The notes under the pieces are model-generated. The model searched no databases and had not been told where the DNA came from. It saw only the letters and a list, made by a program, of their open reading frames with translations. A stretch of DNA of 64,000 nucleotides from Planctomycetota bacterium (GTDB taxonomy: Bacteria > Planctomycetota > UBA1135 > UBA2386): assembly GCA_965228735.1 (NCBI GenBank), contig OZ245838.1:5664001-5728000 (forward strand), in the 5' to 3' direction. Positions 1 to 9,824 of the stretch are shown piece by piece. Positions within the stretch are counted from its first letter, which is position 1. Every line of letters starts with the position of its first letter. Made by a program: the position numbers and the translations under genes.

Positions 1-1998
1 CTCCAGTTCCCGCAGTTCGCCGCCGGCGAGATCGACGGTCGCGACTGGCAGCGTGACCGAGCCGGAACGCACGGGGCTCGTCGTCAACCAATAGCGCACC
101 ACGACGTCGTGGCGACCCGCCGTGAGCCCGCCGACCGTGGCATGCCCGATCTCGTCGACCGCCGCGGCTGGCGGGGCATCGCCTGCGTTCGGGGTGACGA
201 CGATCGCGAGCGGCTCCTCGCCGCCTTCGCCGAGTGTGCGTAACTGCGCGAGGGCCTTGGCCGGCCCGAGCGTGGCTCGGATCCGCGCCGCGGCGACGAC
301 GGCGAGCCGCGCGGTCGTCGCGGGCGCGAACACCTCGACGGGTTCGAGCAGCGGGACATGCGCGGGTGACGTGGCGCGCACGACGTAGCGGCCAGGCGGC
401 AGCGAGAGCACGGCCTCGCCGGCCTCGTCCGTGGTCGCCGCGCCGAACGCGACGTGGCCCGGTGTGCCGCGACCGCGGTCGATGCCGTCCAGCGGCTGGA
501 CCCGCGTCGTCGGTTCGAGGTCGGAGCCGCCGAAGCGCTGGATGATCTCGACCTCGCTGCCCGCCACGGGCTTGCCGGATCCGGTCGCGAGCGCGACGGT
601 CAGCGCAGCCGCGGCAGGCAACGTGACGAGCACCTCGCTCGTCGGCACGCCCGCCTCGACGACGAACGGCACGAGCCCGGACGGGGGCAACGCCGGGTCG
701 CGCGGGACCACGAGAACCGAGTTCTTGCCGGGATCGAGGCCGTCGAGTTCGACGACGCCGCCATCGTGCCGACCCCGTCGTGTCAGGCTCGCGTACCGTG
801 ACAGTCCGCCGCCGTCGAGCACGCCGTGGCCGCGGAACAGGAACAGCGCGAACGTCTCGACGGGCGCGCCGGCCCGGTCGACGACGCGCACCGTGCAGCC
901 CTGGCGCCGCTGCATCACGACCTCGACGCCGGCCGTGCCCCACGCGATCCGCGTGTCCGTCGCCGGGGCGATCCGGCGATGCATGCCGTCCTTGCTCGAG
1001 GTGCTCAGCAGCGTTCCCGACTTGCCGCGGTGCGGGATCGGCCCCGCGCGCGGGATCGCGAAGCGGCCATCGGGACCGCTGCGCGTGCGTCCCATGAAAC
1101 CGTCGCCGGACGCCGACAGACTCACGTCGGCCATCGGCCGGTTGGCCTCGTCGACCACGATGCCGGTGATCGAGAACTGCGGGTCGGGCCGCTCGACGAC
1201 GATGCGGAGTCGATACTCGGGGAGGTCGGGGTCGAGCTTGACGGAACGCGGCTCGACGAGCGCACCCGTGCCCTCCGTGCCGACGTACCACTCACCGGCG
1301 AACGCGGGTTCTGCGAACGTGAAGCGACCGTTCGCATCACTCCTGGCTCGCAACATGTGCTCCGCGTTCAGCGGGATCTTGTTGCCGAGCTCGATGTAGA
1401 CGAACATCACCTGCGCGGCCGGCACGGGCACGTTCTCATCGTCGACGAGGATACCGCGCACCGGGATCGCCCGTTGCAGCGGGATGTCACCGAGATCGAT
1501 GCGGCTGCCGGGCTCGGGCCGCGGGAACGTGCCGCTGCGGGTGACACAGCCGTCGGCCGCGGCCTGCACCGCCAGCGTGTCGAGCCACGCGTCGAAGCCG
1601 GTCTCGAGCTCGAACGTGCCGTCCGTCGTCGTCGAGATCTCGGCGAGCGGTTCGGTGCCGCTCTCGTCGCCGTCATCGGAGGCCCGTCGCACGGTGACCG
1701 TCGCGCCGCTGATCGGGGTGTCGCCCGGGCTTCGGATCACGCGACCGAAGAACGTCACGCGGTCGGGGTCGGCGGCGTCCGGCGCGCTCGTCGCGACGTT
1801 CGCCGCGGTGCGCGTGGGTTGCCCCGCGACGTCCGATTCCGGCATGCGCGCCACCGCGGTGCCCCCGTCGGTGTTCGCCGCGGCGGTCGGGCTCCCGTTC
1901 TCGCTCGGCAGAGCGCTCTCGCCGCGGGTGAGCAGCCAGATCCCGACTGCCGTCAGCAGCAGGAGCGGAACGAGGACGGTGGCTGGATGGCGCGGCAT
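1..1998 (-). CDS. Membrane-anchored carboxypeptidase-regulatory-like (Ig/transthyretin-like) repeat protein; 3' end runs off the window
   Basis: Not in the ORF track because it has no stop in the window. Manual translation from ATG 1998: MPRHPATVLVPLLLLTAVGIWLLTRG (TM), a linker, then repeated motifs GRVIRSPGDTPISGATV, GILVDDENVPVPAAQV, ARSDANGRFTF, GIVVDEANRPMADV, TTDEAGEAVLSLPPGRY. The frame is in phase with position 1. Confidence 0.8.
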   Translation of the reverse strand, partial: MPRHPATVLVPLLLLTAVGIWLLTRGESALPSENGSPTAAANTDGGTAVARMPESDVAGQPTRTAANVATSAPDAADPDRVTFFGRVIRSPGDTPISGATVTVRRASDDGDESGTEPLAEISTTTDGTFELETGFDAWLDTLAVQAAADGCVTRSGTFPRPEPGSRIDLGDIPLQRAIPVRGILVDDENVPVPAAQVMFVYIELGNKIPLNAEHMLRARSDANGRFTFAEPAFAGEWYVGTEGTGALVEPRSVKLDPDLPEYRLRIVVERPDPQFSITGIVVDEANRPMADVSLSASGDGFMGRTRSGPDGRFAIPRAGPIPHRGKSGTLLSTSSKDGMHRRIAPATDTRIAWGTAGVEVVMQRRQGCTVRVVDRAGAPVETFALFLFRGHGVLDGGGLSRYASLTRRGRHDGGVVELDGLDPGKNSVLVVPRDPALPPSGLVPFVVEAGVPTSEVLVTLPAAAALTVALATGSGKPVAGSEVEIIQRFGGSDLEPTTRVQPLDGIDRGRGTPGHVAFGAATTDEAGEAVLSLPPGRYVVRATSPAHVPLLEPVEVFAPATTARLAVVAAARIRATLGPAKALAQLRTLGEGGEEPLAIVVTPNAGDAPPAAAVDEIGHATVGGLTAGRHDVVVRYWLTTSPVRSGSVTLPVATVDLAGGELRELE

Positions 1999-2059
1999 GG
2001 CAGACGCTCGGTCGGACTGTGGGGGCGACCATACGACGGCGGCGCTACGCTCGTTGGTC

Positions 2060-2779
2060 ATGTTTCGGCAACTGGACTCCGCGCGCGTCATCGAGACCGT
2101 CGAGCGTCTCCGCGACCGCATTCGGGAACGATTCCCGGACGCCAACCTCGGCCGCGTCGCCGACGATCTCGTCGGGTTGGCGCGCGCGCACGCCGAACGC
2201 TGCGCGGCGATCGCGCGGCCGGACGTGGCGCTGCGCTGCGTCTCCGTCGTGCTGCTGCTCGCCGGTGCCGGCGCGATCGCGCTGCTGTTCGGGACGCTGC
2301 GCATGCGCGTCGATGACAGCTGGACGCTGATCGATACCGTGCAGACGCTCGACTCCGGACTGTCGATGCTGTTCTTCCTCGGTGCCGGGACCGTGTTCGC
2401 GATGAGTCTCGAACTGCGCCGCAAGCGGCAGCGTTGCCTCGAGGCGCTGCACGAGGTGCGCGCCATGGCGCACATCGTCGACATGCACCAGCTCACCAAG
2501 GACCCGGATCGGCTCATGCGATCCGGCGCCGACACCCCGGCGTCGCCGAGTCGAACGCTCACGCGTTTCGAGCTCAGCCGCTATCTCGACTACTGCTCCG
2601 AGATGCTCGCGCTCATGGGCAAGGTCGCCGCGCTCTACGGCCAGTCGTTCCCGGATCCCGTCGCGCGCCAGGCCGTCGACGAGGTCGAAGAACTCACGAC
2701 GGCGCTCGCGCGCAAGGTGTGGCAGAAGATCATGATCCTCGGCGAGGTCGAGTCGGGTGTGCAGGCGGAAGAGGCGTGA
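2060..2779 (+). CDS. Conserved hypothetical membrane protein (2 TM helices)
   Basis: ATG 2060 in ORF 1484..2779 (MFRQLDSARVIETVERLRDRIRERFP). Two hydrophobic segments and conserved-looking motifs LHEVRAMAHIVDMHQLTKDP and RYLDYCSEML. TACGCT lies 8 nt upstream. Confidence 0.8.
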   Translation: MFRQLDSARVIETVERLRDRIRERFPDANLGRVADDLVGLARAHAERCAAIARPDVALRCVSVVLLLAGAGAIALLFGTLRMRVDDSWTLIDTVQTLDSGLSMLFFLGAGTVFAMSLELRRKRQRCLEALHEVRAMAHIVDMHQLTKDPDRLMRSGADTPASPSRTLTRFELSRYLDYCSEMLALMGKVAALYGQSFPDPVARQAVDEVEELTTALARKVWQKIMILGEVESGVQAEEA

Positions 2780-2872
2780 TGCGGTCGGTCTTGCACTTCA
2801 GATCGGCAACACGCTGACCGAGCTCGCGGAGTTGCACGGCCGCCGCGCGCTGCACATCGGCACGCTGTCGCC

Positions 2873-3373
2873 CTACGGCCCGATCGTCACCACCGCGGCG
2901 TCGGAGGTGATGAACGCGCTGAGGCCGCAGCCGGCGATGCCGCACTGCGTGTGCGCCGTGACCCATTGCGCGAGGAACTGCACGCCGACGAGGTTGGCGT
3001 TGGCCGGGATCGCGATCGGATGACCGTTCTCGTAGCGCGGCAGCGAGCTGTGCTGCGGCATCGGGATCACGGTCGTCGGCGTCATGTAGCCGAGACAACC
3101 CGCGGGCTGGTAGATCAACAGGCCGGCGGGGATCACGGTGATCACCTGCTGGAAGCCGAGCACGAGGTGCGGCTGCGCGATCTGCTGCGCCGAGTTGTAG
3201 GTGTGGTTGGATCCCGAATAGGTGATCGAGAACGTCTGACCGATCCGCGGCAGGCCGACGTTGCCGATCGCTGGCGTCTGGTTCTGCAGCGTGCAGCCAG
3301 TGCCGAACGTCGAGAACGATGCCTGGCTCGGCAGGGCGACCGTCAGGAACAGTGCTGCGAGGATGCGGCGCAT
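2873..3373 (-). CDS. Small secreted protein made only of a signal peptide plus the shared C-terminal module
   Basis: MRRILAALFLTVALPSQ followed by FSTFGTGC..TPAIGNVGLPRIG..PAGC..IPANANLVGVQFLAQW..SDAAVVTIGP. Confidence 0.8.
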   Translation of the reverse strand: MRRILAALFLTVALPSQASFSTFGTGCTLQNQTPAIGNVGLPRIGQTFSITYSGSNHTYNSAQQIAQPHLVLGFQQVITVIPAGLLIYQPAGCLGYMTPTTVIPMPQHSSLPRYENGHPIAIPANANLVGVQFLAQWVTAHTQCGIAGCGLSAFITSDAAVVTIGP

Positions 3374-3563
3374 GGTCGCCATTGGACGGCAAGGCGCGGG
3401 CGGCGTCGAGATTCCCGACGTTCACGGTGCGTCGTGGGTGCTGGTTGGCGATCCGCTCGGGTGGCGCGGAACCGCCCGTGGCAACGCCTGTTCACCGTTC
3501 TCGGCCGGGCTCGGCTCCAGTCCGTCGGGCGCGCGGTCGAAGAACCGTGGGGGATTTCCCTGT

Positions 3564-6065
3564 ATGCGAATCGGAGTCGGAGTCGTGGCCATCGGTCTGT
3601 CCGTGGTGCTCGCGGCGTGCTGGAACGGCACGCCTGGGCCCGGAGCGGACGTGGAGTATCCCGCCGTCGTGGCGGTCGAGTTCCCGGCAGCGCCCGCCGG
3701 TGACGTCGCGTTGCAGTTGACGCTCGTCGATCCGGACGAGCGTCCCGCCGACCTCCTCGTCGAGGTCTCGGCCGACGGTCGGACGTGGCGCAGTGCGCGA
3801 CTCGGCGCCGGGGCGGGAACGACGAACCTGCCGACGAGCACCGCGGGCACGGTGACGACGATCACCTGGGACTCGCTGGCCGACGTGGGCTTCCGCGATG
3901 CGCCTGATGCGCGGCTGCGCTTCACGGCGAGCACCGACGGCGTGGCAGGATCGGTGACGGAGACGGCCGTGCCGGCGCTCGCCAACCTGCGCGCGGCGGC
4001 GCTTCTGGTGCAGCACCCGATGATCCACTACGGGCCGTTCGACGCCGCGACGATCGAACTCGCCAAGCAGCACGACCTCGTCGTCATTCATCCGGCGTCG
4101 GGCGCGGTGCAGCCGCAGACGGTGCGCGAGATCCAGCTCGGCGTCGATCCGTTCGATCCGATCGACGACGTGCTCGTGCTCGCCTACATCTCGGTGGGCG
4201 AGGATCTGCGGACGGTCGGCATGACGGACGCGCAGATGCTCGCGGATCCGCGGTTCGTCGGTGACGCCAGCGGTCCGCGCATCGATCCGCGCGGTCCGAA
4301 CGCCGACGGCGGCCCGCTCGTCGGGATCGATCCGCTCGGCATCGTGACGAACGCCCCGGGCGGGCCACGCTTCGCGTCGTGGTACCTCGACGACAACTCG
4401 GTCGACAACAGTCCGAGCGACATCGGCGACGGTCTGCCGGATCGCAACGCGGGTTTCGGGGGCTGCTTCGTGAACGCGGGCGACCCAGCGTGGTTCGAGG
4501 CGCTCGACGCGATGACGATCGACGGCGTCGACGGGCAGGCCGGCATGAAGGAGCTGCTGACGCTCGACACGGGGCGCGGCTACGGCTGCGACGGCCTGTT
4601 CTTCGACACGTTCGACACCTGCGCGCCCAACTTCTACACGGACGGCAGCAGCTACAACCAGAGCGAGTTCGAGTGGACGGCGCCGGGGTTCGCGGCGTTC
4701 ACCGAACGGTGCAAGGCGCGCTACCCCGACAAGCTCGCGCTGCAGAACCGCGGGCTGTTCTTCTTCGATCCGCGATTGCCGCAGTACGCGGTGACGACGC
4801 GCGCGCACGTCGACCTCGTGCTCGTCGAGAGCTACCGCCTCGACTCCAACGCGCACGAAGGCTTCAACGCCTACTTCACGGCGGACAACAAGCACAACTA
4901 CGCGCCGAAGCTCATCGCCGAGGCGGGGCGACCCGACGGCTTCCGGATCCTCAGTCTCGGCTACGCCGAGGGGCCGGGGATCGATCACGGCACGCTGCTG
5001 GGCACGTCGACGAACGGCCTGGCGACGCTCGTCGAGGACGTCGCGGAGGCGCAGCTGATCGCGGGGTTCGCGCACTATCTCACGGACGCCGGCGTCGCGC
5101 TCGCCAATCGCTTCGCGATGGACCAGGTGACGGCCGACGAGAGCGCACCGATCTGGTCGAGCACCTACAACGACAACATCCAGCCGTGGCCGACGCCGCA
5201 CGGGGCGCCGACGCCGCGACCCGGGCTGCAGAGCGTGGTGGCCGGTGACGGCAGCGTCACGGTGCACTGGGACGTCGCGCAGGATCAGAGCGGCGCGAGC
5301 TACGCGCTCTACCTGCAGGACGGACCGTTCGACTTCCTCGCCGACCCGACGCTCGCGGGCGCGCGCCGCGTGGTGCTGACGCCCGAACTCGGCGACGGGT
5401 ACGTGAACGGGGTCGGCCCGACGGTCTACCCGTTCCAGGCCACGGTCGCCGGACTGCCGAACGGCGTGCAGCAGCATCTCTGTCTGCGTGCGTTCGACCC
5501 GCTCGGGCACGAGGAGGGCAACCGCGTGGTGCTGACCGCGACGCCGGAGAAGCCGCCGCAGATCACGATCGACGGCAGCTTCGCGGACTGGGCGGCGGTG
5601 CCCTTGCTGCTGACGGACGGCGACGACGTGCCGGACTCGGCCGGGCCGGATTGGCTCGAGGTCGCGATGCACCACGACAACGACAACGTCTACGTGCGCT
5701 TCACGTCGGCCAACTCGTTCAACCTCGACGGCTCGCCGACCTACGCCTACTCGCGGTCCCTGATCTTCTTCGATCTCGACGAGAATGCCGCCACGGGCTG
5801 GCCGATCGGTGGCATCGGCAGTGATGTCGTGCTCGCGGGAGACGTGCTCTACGCGCAGTCGAGCTCCAGCTTCAACACGGGCACGCTCGGGGCGGTCGCG
5901 GCGGCGCCGGTGCTCGCGGTCACCGAGTGCGAGATGGCGCTCCCGTGGACCATGCTCGATGCGGTCGTGCCGGGGGCGCGGAAGCTGCGCGTCGTCTGCG
6001 TCAACGACGAGGTGTTCGACTACGCGCCGGGCGCGGGCTACGTCGAGTACGACGCGCCGCGCTGA
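3564..6065 (+). CDS. Lipoprotein with a GH114/PelA-like endo-alpha-1,4-polygalactosaminidase-type domain, an FN3-like domain and a C-terminal carbohydrate-binding-like domain
   Basis: Lipobox LAAC after MRIGVGVVAIGLSVV. Motifs VLAYISVGED, GCDGLFFDTFD, LQNRGLF and VLVESY. FN3-like GDGSVTVHWD..LRAFDPLGHEE. C-terminal ITIDGSFADW. Confidence 0.7.
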   Translation: MRIGVGVVAIGLSVVLAACWNGTPGPGADVEYPAVVAVEFPAAPAGDVALQLTLVDPDERPADLLVEVSADGRTWRSARLGAGAGTTNLPTSTAGTVTTITWDSLADVGFRDAPDARLRFTASTDGVAGSVTETAVPALANLRAAALLVQHPMIHYGPFDAATIELAKQHDLVVIHPASGAVQPQTVREIQLGVDPFDPIDDVLVLAYISVGEDLRTVGMTDAQMLADPRFVGDASGPRIDPRGPNADGGPLVGIDPLGIVTNAPGGPRFASWYLDDNSVDNSPSDIGDGLPDRNAGFGGCFVNAGDPAWFEALDAMTIDGVDGQAGMKELLTLDTGRGYGCDGLFFDTFDTCAPNFYTDGSSYNQSEFEWTAPGFAAFTERCKARYPDKLALQNRGLFFFDPRLPQYAVTTRAHVDLVLVESYRLDSNAHEGFNAYFTADNKHNYAPKLIAEAGRPDGFRILSLGYAEGPGIDHGTLLGTSTNGLATLVEDVAEAQLIAGFAHYLTDAGVALANRFAMDQVTADESAPIWSSTYNDNIQPWPTPHGAPTPRPGLQSVVAGDGSVTVHWDVAQDQSGASYALYLQDGPFDFLADPTLAGARRVVLTPELGDGYVNGVGPTVYPFQATVAGLPNGVQQHLCLRAFDPLGHEEGNRVVLTATPEKPPQITIDGSFADWAAVPLLLTDGDDVPDSAGPDWLEVAMHHDNDNVYVRFTSANSFNLDGSPTYAYSRSLIFFDLDENAATGWPIGGIGSDVVLAGDVLYAQSSSSFNTGTLGAVAAAPVLAVTECEMALPWTMLDAVVPGARKLRVVCVNDEVFDYAPGAGYVEYDAPR

Positions 6066-6084
6066 TCATGGTGCAGTAGGGGCT

Positions 6085-6360
6085 CTACCCGCGCTTCGTG
6101 ACTTCGAGCAGGTGGAAGCCGAACTGGGTTTTCACCGGGCCGTGCACCACGCCGATCTCGTCGTTGAAGACGACCTTGTCGAACTCGGGCACCATCTGAC
6201 CCTGGCCGAAGGTGCCGAGGTCGCCGCCGCGCTGGCCGGAAGGGCAGGAAGAATGCTGCTTGGCGAGATCGGCGAAGTCGGCGCCACCTTCGATCTGTTG
6301 TTTGAGATCGAGGCAGGCCTCTTCGGTGCTGACCAGAATGTGACGGGCACTTGCTTGCAT
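6085..6360 (-). CDS. ppiC: Parvulin-type peptidyl-prolyl cis-trans isomerase
   Basis: 91 aa: [46 protein letters not shown]. Confidence 0.95.
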   Translation of the reverse strand: MQASARHILVSTEEACLDLKQQIEGGADFADLAKQHSSCPSGQRGGDLGTFGQGQMVPEFDKVVFNDEIGVVHGPVKTQFGFHLLEVTKRG

Positions 6361-6493
6361 GGCGCCAGACTGCGCACTTCGGCAGGCGGCGTCAACCGCA
6401 AGTTTGCGCCGCGCCGAGGGTCGGAAGGCACGGTTTTTGGACCGGACTTCGCGCGTCCGCGCTACACCAGGGTAGGTGGTTTCCGACGACGAG

Positions 6494-8851
6494 ATGGACG
6501 GGGCGGTGGCCGGCCGCGACGAGTCGATCCGCAGCACGCTCGAGCAGTGGTTCGGGTTCTCGGAGCTGCGGCCGCTGCAACGCGAGGCGATCGACGCGGC
6601 GCTGGACGGTGCGGACGCGCTCGTCGTGATGCCGACGGGCGGGGGCAAGTCGCTGTGCTATCAGCTCCCGGCGCTCGTCCAGGATCGGCTCACGGTCGTC
6701 GTCTCGCCGCTGATCGCGCTGATGCAGGATCAGGTCGACGGGCTGCGCCTCAACGGCGTGCCGGCCGCCGCGTCGCACGGCAACCTCGACAGCAAGCAGC
6801 GCTCCGAGCTGCGCATGATGATGGACTCGGGCGAGCTGCGCCTGCTGTTCGTGGCGCCCGAGCGGCTGTTCTCGGACTGGTTCTTCGGTTGGCTGTGCGA
6901 GCAGGACGTCGGCGCGGTCGCGATCGATGAGGCGCACTGCATCAGCCAATGGGGGCACGACTTCCGACCCGAGTACCGCCGCATGGTGGAGCTGCGCGAA
7001 CGGTTGCCGAACGTGCCGTTCCAGGCCTATACCGCGACGGCGACGCCGCGCGTTCGGCAGGACATCATCGAGCAGCTGCACCTGCGGCAGCCACGCGTCC
7101 TCGTCGGCACGTTCGACCGCCCCGAGCTGACCTACCGCGTGCTGCCGCGCCAGAGCCTGACGTCGCAGGTGGCGGAGGCGATCGGTCGGCACGAGAACAG
7201 CGCTGCGATCGTGTACTGCATCGCGCGCAAGGACACGGAGAAGCTCGCGAGCGAGCTGCAGCAGCGCGGCATCGAGGCGCGCGCGTATCACGCCGGGCTC
7301 GGCGCGCGCGAACGCACGAAGATCAGCAGCGACTTCCGCGCCGAGAAGCTGCACGTCGTTTGCGCGACGGTCGCGTTCGGCATGGGCATCGACCGCAGCG
7401 ACGTGCGGCTCGTCGTGCACGCGGCGATGCCGAAGAGCCTCGAGCACTACCAGCAGGAGACCGGGCGCGCGGGTCGCGACGGGCTGCCGGCCGAGTGCCT
7501 GCTGCTCTACTCCAACGCCGACGGCGCGAAGTGGCGCACGGTGATGCAGCGCAGCAGCGCCGAGCTCGGTGGTGACGCCGAGGCACTGCAGGCGCAGTTC
7601 GATCTGCTGAGTCACATGCAGCGCTTCGCGGGGCTCGCGCGCTGTCGACATCAGACGCTCAGCGAGTACTTCGGGCAGGAGTACGAGGTCAGCGACGACG
7701 GCGGCTGCGGCGCATGCGACGTCTGCCTCGACGAACTCGAGAGCGTGCCGGACAGCACGGTGATGGCGCAGAAGATCCTGTCCGCGGTGTATCGCACGGG
7801 GCAGCGGTTCGGCCGCGCCTACGTGATCGATGTCCTGCGCGGCAGCAAGAGCGAGAAGGTCAGTCAGCGCGGGCACGACCGAATCCCGACGTTCGGCGTC
7901 TGCGCGGACGTGCCCGTGATGTTGCTCGGCAACTACGTCGATCAGCTCGTCGACCAGGGGGTGCTCGTGCGCAGCGAGGGCGAGTATCCGACGCTGTCGC
8001 TGGGGGCGCCCGCGGGCGACGTGCTGCGGGGCAACGAGGAGGTGCAGCTGCGGGTGCCCAAGGCGGCGCTGCAGGCGCGACCGCAGAAGCGCGGTAGGCG
8101 CAAGGGCCGGGGGGCGGCGAGCAGCGCGCCCGAGCTCGAGCTCACGCCCGCGGAGCGCGATCTGTTCGAAGAACTGCGATCCGTGCGCCGGCGCCTCGCG
8201 GGCGAGCTCGGCGTGCCGCCGTACGTCGTGTTCTCCGATGCGACCCTCGAGGACCTGGCGCATCGGCGACCGGCGAGTCCGAGCGCGTTCCTCGACTGCA
8301 AGGGTGTCGGGCCCAAGAAGCTCGAGTCGTTCGGCGCCGCGTTCCTCGGCGCGATCGCGGAGTACTGCGAAGGGCACGACCTCGCGCTCGGTGGCGACGG
8401 CCTGGCCGCGAACCTCGCCGCGGCAGTCGAAGCGACCGCGGTGTCCGAACCGGTGGCGTCCGAACCGACGGTGCACGTCGAGCCAGAACCCGGCGTGGCC
8501 GGTGCCAGCAGCGGTGGCCGCGGCGCCGCGCGCCTGCAGGCCGCCGAACTATTCGAGGCGGGCACGTCGATCGCGGAGGCCGTCACGCAGCTCGAACGCA
8601 CGACGAGCACGGTCGTGAAGTACCTCTGCGACTGGCTGCGCGCGACCAACGCCGACAGCATCGCGCCGTGGGTCGACCGCGACGTCCAGGAGGCCGTGCT
8701 GCACGCCGTCGCCGAGGTCGGCGACGACCGCCTGCTGCGCCCGATCTTCGATCACCTCGGCGGCGACGTCGACTACGAGTCGATCCGCATCGTTCTCGCG
8801 TTCCGCGATCTGGAACAGCGACGCGAAGCAGCGCGTGAGGCCGAGGGCTGA
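6494..8851 (+). CDS. recQ: ATP-dependent DNA helicase RecQ (helicase, RQC, HRDC and C-terminal HTH domains)
   Basis: [41 protein letters not shown], Zn-binding [26 protein letters not shown]. The start could instead be GTG 6476. Confidence 0.95.
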   Translation: MDGAVAGRDESIRSTLEQWFGFSELRPLQREAIDAALDGADALVVMPTGGGKSLCYQLPALVQDRLTVVVSPLIALMQDQVDGLRLNGVPAAASHGNLDSKQRSELRMMMDSGELRLLFVAPERLFSDWFFGWLCEQDVGAVAIDEAHCISQWGHDFRPEYRRMVELRERLPNVPFQAYTATATPRVRQDIIEQLHLRQPRVLVGTFDRPELTYRVLPRQSLTSQVAEAIGRHENSAAIVYCIARKDTEKLASELQQRGIEARAYHAGLGARERTKISSDFRAEKLHVVCATVAFGMGIDRSDVRLVVHAAMPKSLEHYQQETGRAGRDGLPAECLLLYSNADGAKWRTVMQRSSAELGGDAEALQAQFDLLSHMQRFAGLARCRHQTLSEYFGQEYEVSDDGGCGACDVCLDELESVPDSTVMAQKILSAVYRTGQRFGRAYVIDVLRGSKSEKVSQRGHDRIPTFGVCADVPVMLLGNYVDQLVDQGVLVRSEGEYPTLSLGAPAGDVLRGNEEVQLRVPKAALQARPQKRGRRKGRGAASSAPELELTPAERDLFEELRSVRRRLAGELGVPPYVVFSDATLEDLAHRRPASPSAFLDCKGVGPKKLESFGAAFLGAIAEYCEGHDLALGGDGLAANLAAAVEATAVSEPVASEPTVHVEPEPGVAGASSGGRGAARLQAAELFEAGTSIAEAVTQLERTTSTVVKYLCDWLRATNADSIAPWVDRDVQEAVLHAVAEVGDDRLLRPIFDHLGGDVDYESIRIVLAFRDLEQRREAAREAEG

Positions 8852-8890
8852 GCTGCATGCGGGTTCGGCATCGGCATGGACACTGTGAGC

Positions 8891-8899
8891 TGTTAGAAT
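8891..8899 (+). promoter_or_regulatory. Extended -10 element (TGnTAGAAT) in leaderless geometry
   Basis: tgttagaat ends 7 nt before GTG 8907, with no Shine-Dalgarno sequence. Confidence 0.5.
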
Positions 8900-8906
8900 C
8901 GCGGCC

Positions 8907-9146
8907 GTGCCGAGGCCGAACGTCGAGAAAGCAACCGAGCTGACCCCGGCGCAGAAGCTCGAGGCGTCACTCGCGATGTTCTCGTACGGTTGCGACATGA
9001 TGCGCCAGACCTTGCGACGGTCGCATCCCGGCAAGGGCGATGCGTTCATCGAGGAGCGTCTCCTCGAGTGGCTGCGGACGCGGCCCGGCGCGGAGCATGG
9101 CGATGGGGTCGGGCGACCCGGAACGTGGCCGCGCCGCGATGGATGA
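8907..9146 (+). CDS. Small helical protein, partner of the downstream nucleotidyltransferase (putative antitoxin)
   Basis: 79 aa, 6 bp upstream of the NTase gene: TPAQKLEASLAMF..MMRQTLRRSHP..IEERLLEWL. Confidence 0.65.
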   Translation: MPRPNVEKATELTPAQKLEASLAMFSYGCDMMRQTLRRSHPGKGDAFIEERLLEWLRTRPGAEHGDGVGRPGTWPRRDG

Positions 9147-9152
9147 ACTGCG

Positions 9153-9749
9153 ATGGATGAACTATTGGCGCGGGTTGCCGCCGACTTCTCGGCGTGCGAG
9201 GTCAGATATGCCGTGGTAGGCGGCCACGCGGTTTCCGCGCGAACGGAGCCGCGGTTTACGCGCGATCTGGACTTCGCGGTAGCGGTCGCCGACGACAGCG
9301 AGGCTGAAGCGCTCGTCAACCTGCTGGGCACCCATGGCTACCGCGTCGTCGCCTTGCTCGAGCAGGAAGCGACCGGTCGGCTCGCCACCGTGCGACTCGA
9401 GCACTCGACCGCCCCCGGCGTCGCGGTGGACCTGTTGTTTGCAACGGCGGGGGTGGAGCCGGAGCTCGTTGCAGCGGCCACGCCACTTCAGGTTCTGGCT
9501 GGCGTGGAGTTGCCCGTGGCATCGGTCGGCCATCTGCTTGCGTTGAAGACACTGTCCATGGACGAGAAGCGGCGCCCGCAAGATCGCAGCGATATCGCCG
9601 CTCTGCTGCGAATCGCCAGTGACGAGGACCTGCACGTTGCGACGAGTGCGCTGACGTTGATGACGGACCGCGGGTGCGATCGTGGGCGGGATCTCCAAGG
9701 TGCCTTGGCACGGCTGCGAGCGGACCTCGCGGCTGACGACGGCGCCTGA
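9153..9749 (+). CDS. Nucleotidyltransferase (AbiEii/DUF6036-like, Pol-beta fold)
   Basis: YAVVGGHAV..PRFTRDLDFAV (GG..DxD), VDLLF, HLLALK..RPQDRSDI. Confidence 0.8.
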   Translation: MDELLARVAADFSACEVRYAVVGGHAVSARTEPRFTRDLDFAVAVADDSEAEALVNLLGTHGYRVVALLEQEATGRLATVRLEHSTAPGVAVDLLFATAGVEPELVAAATPLQVLAGVELPVASVGHLLALKTLSMDEKRRPQDRSDIAALLRIASDEDLHVATSALTLMTDRGCDRGRDLQGALARLRADLAADDGA

Positions 9750-9824
9750 GGCGGCCGGCTGCAATCGGCGGGAATCGGGAGTGTTCTGGCGGTCGAGCGC
9801 CGTTGCTGCCGCTGTGGCGGTGTC

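Noticed and set aside
431..2059. Plus-strand ORFs 431..1399, 826..2316 and the 5' part of 1484..2779
   Set aside because: They are antisense to the real minus-strand gene 1..1998, which the ORF track omits.
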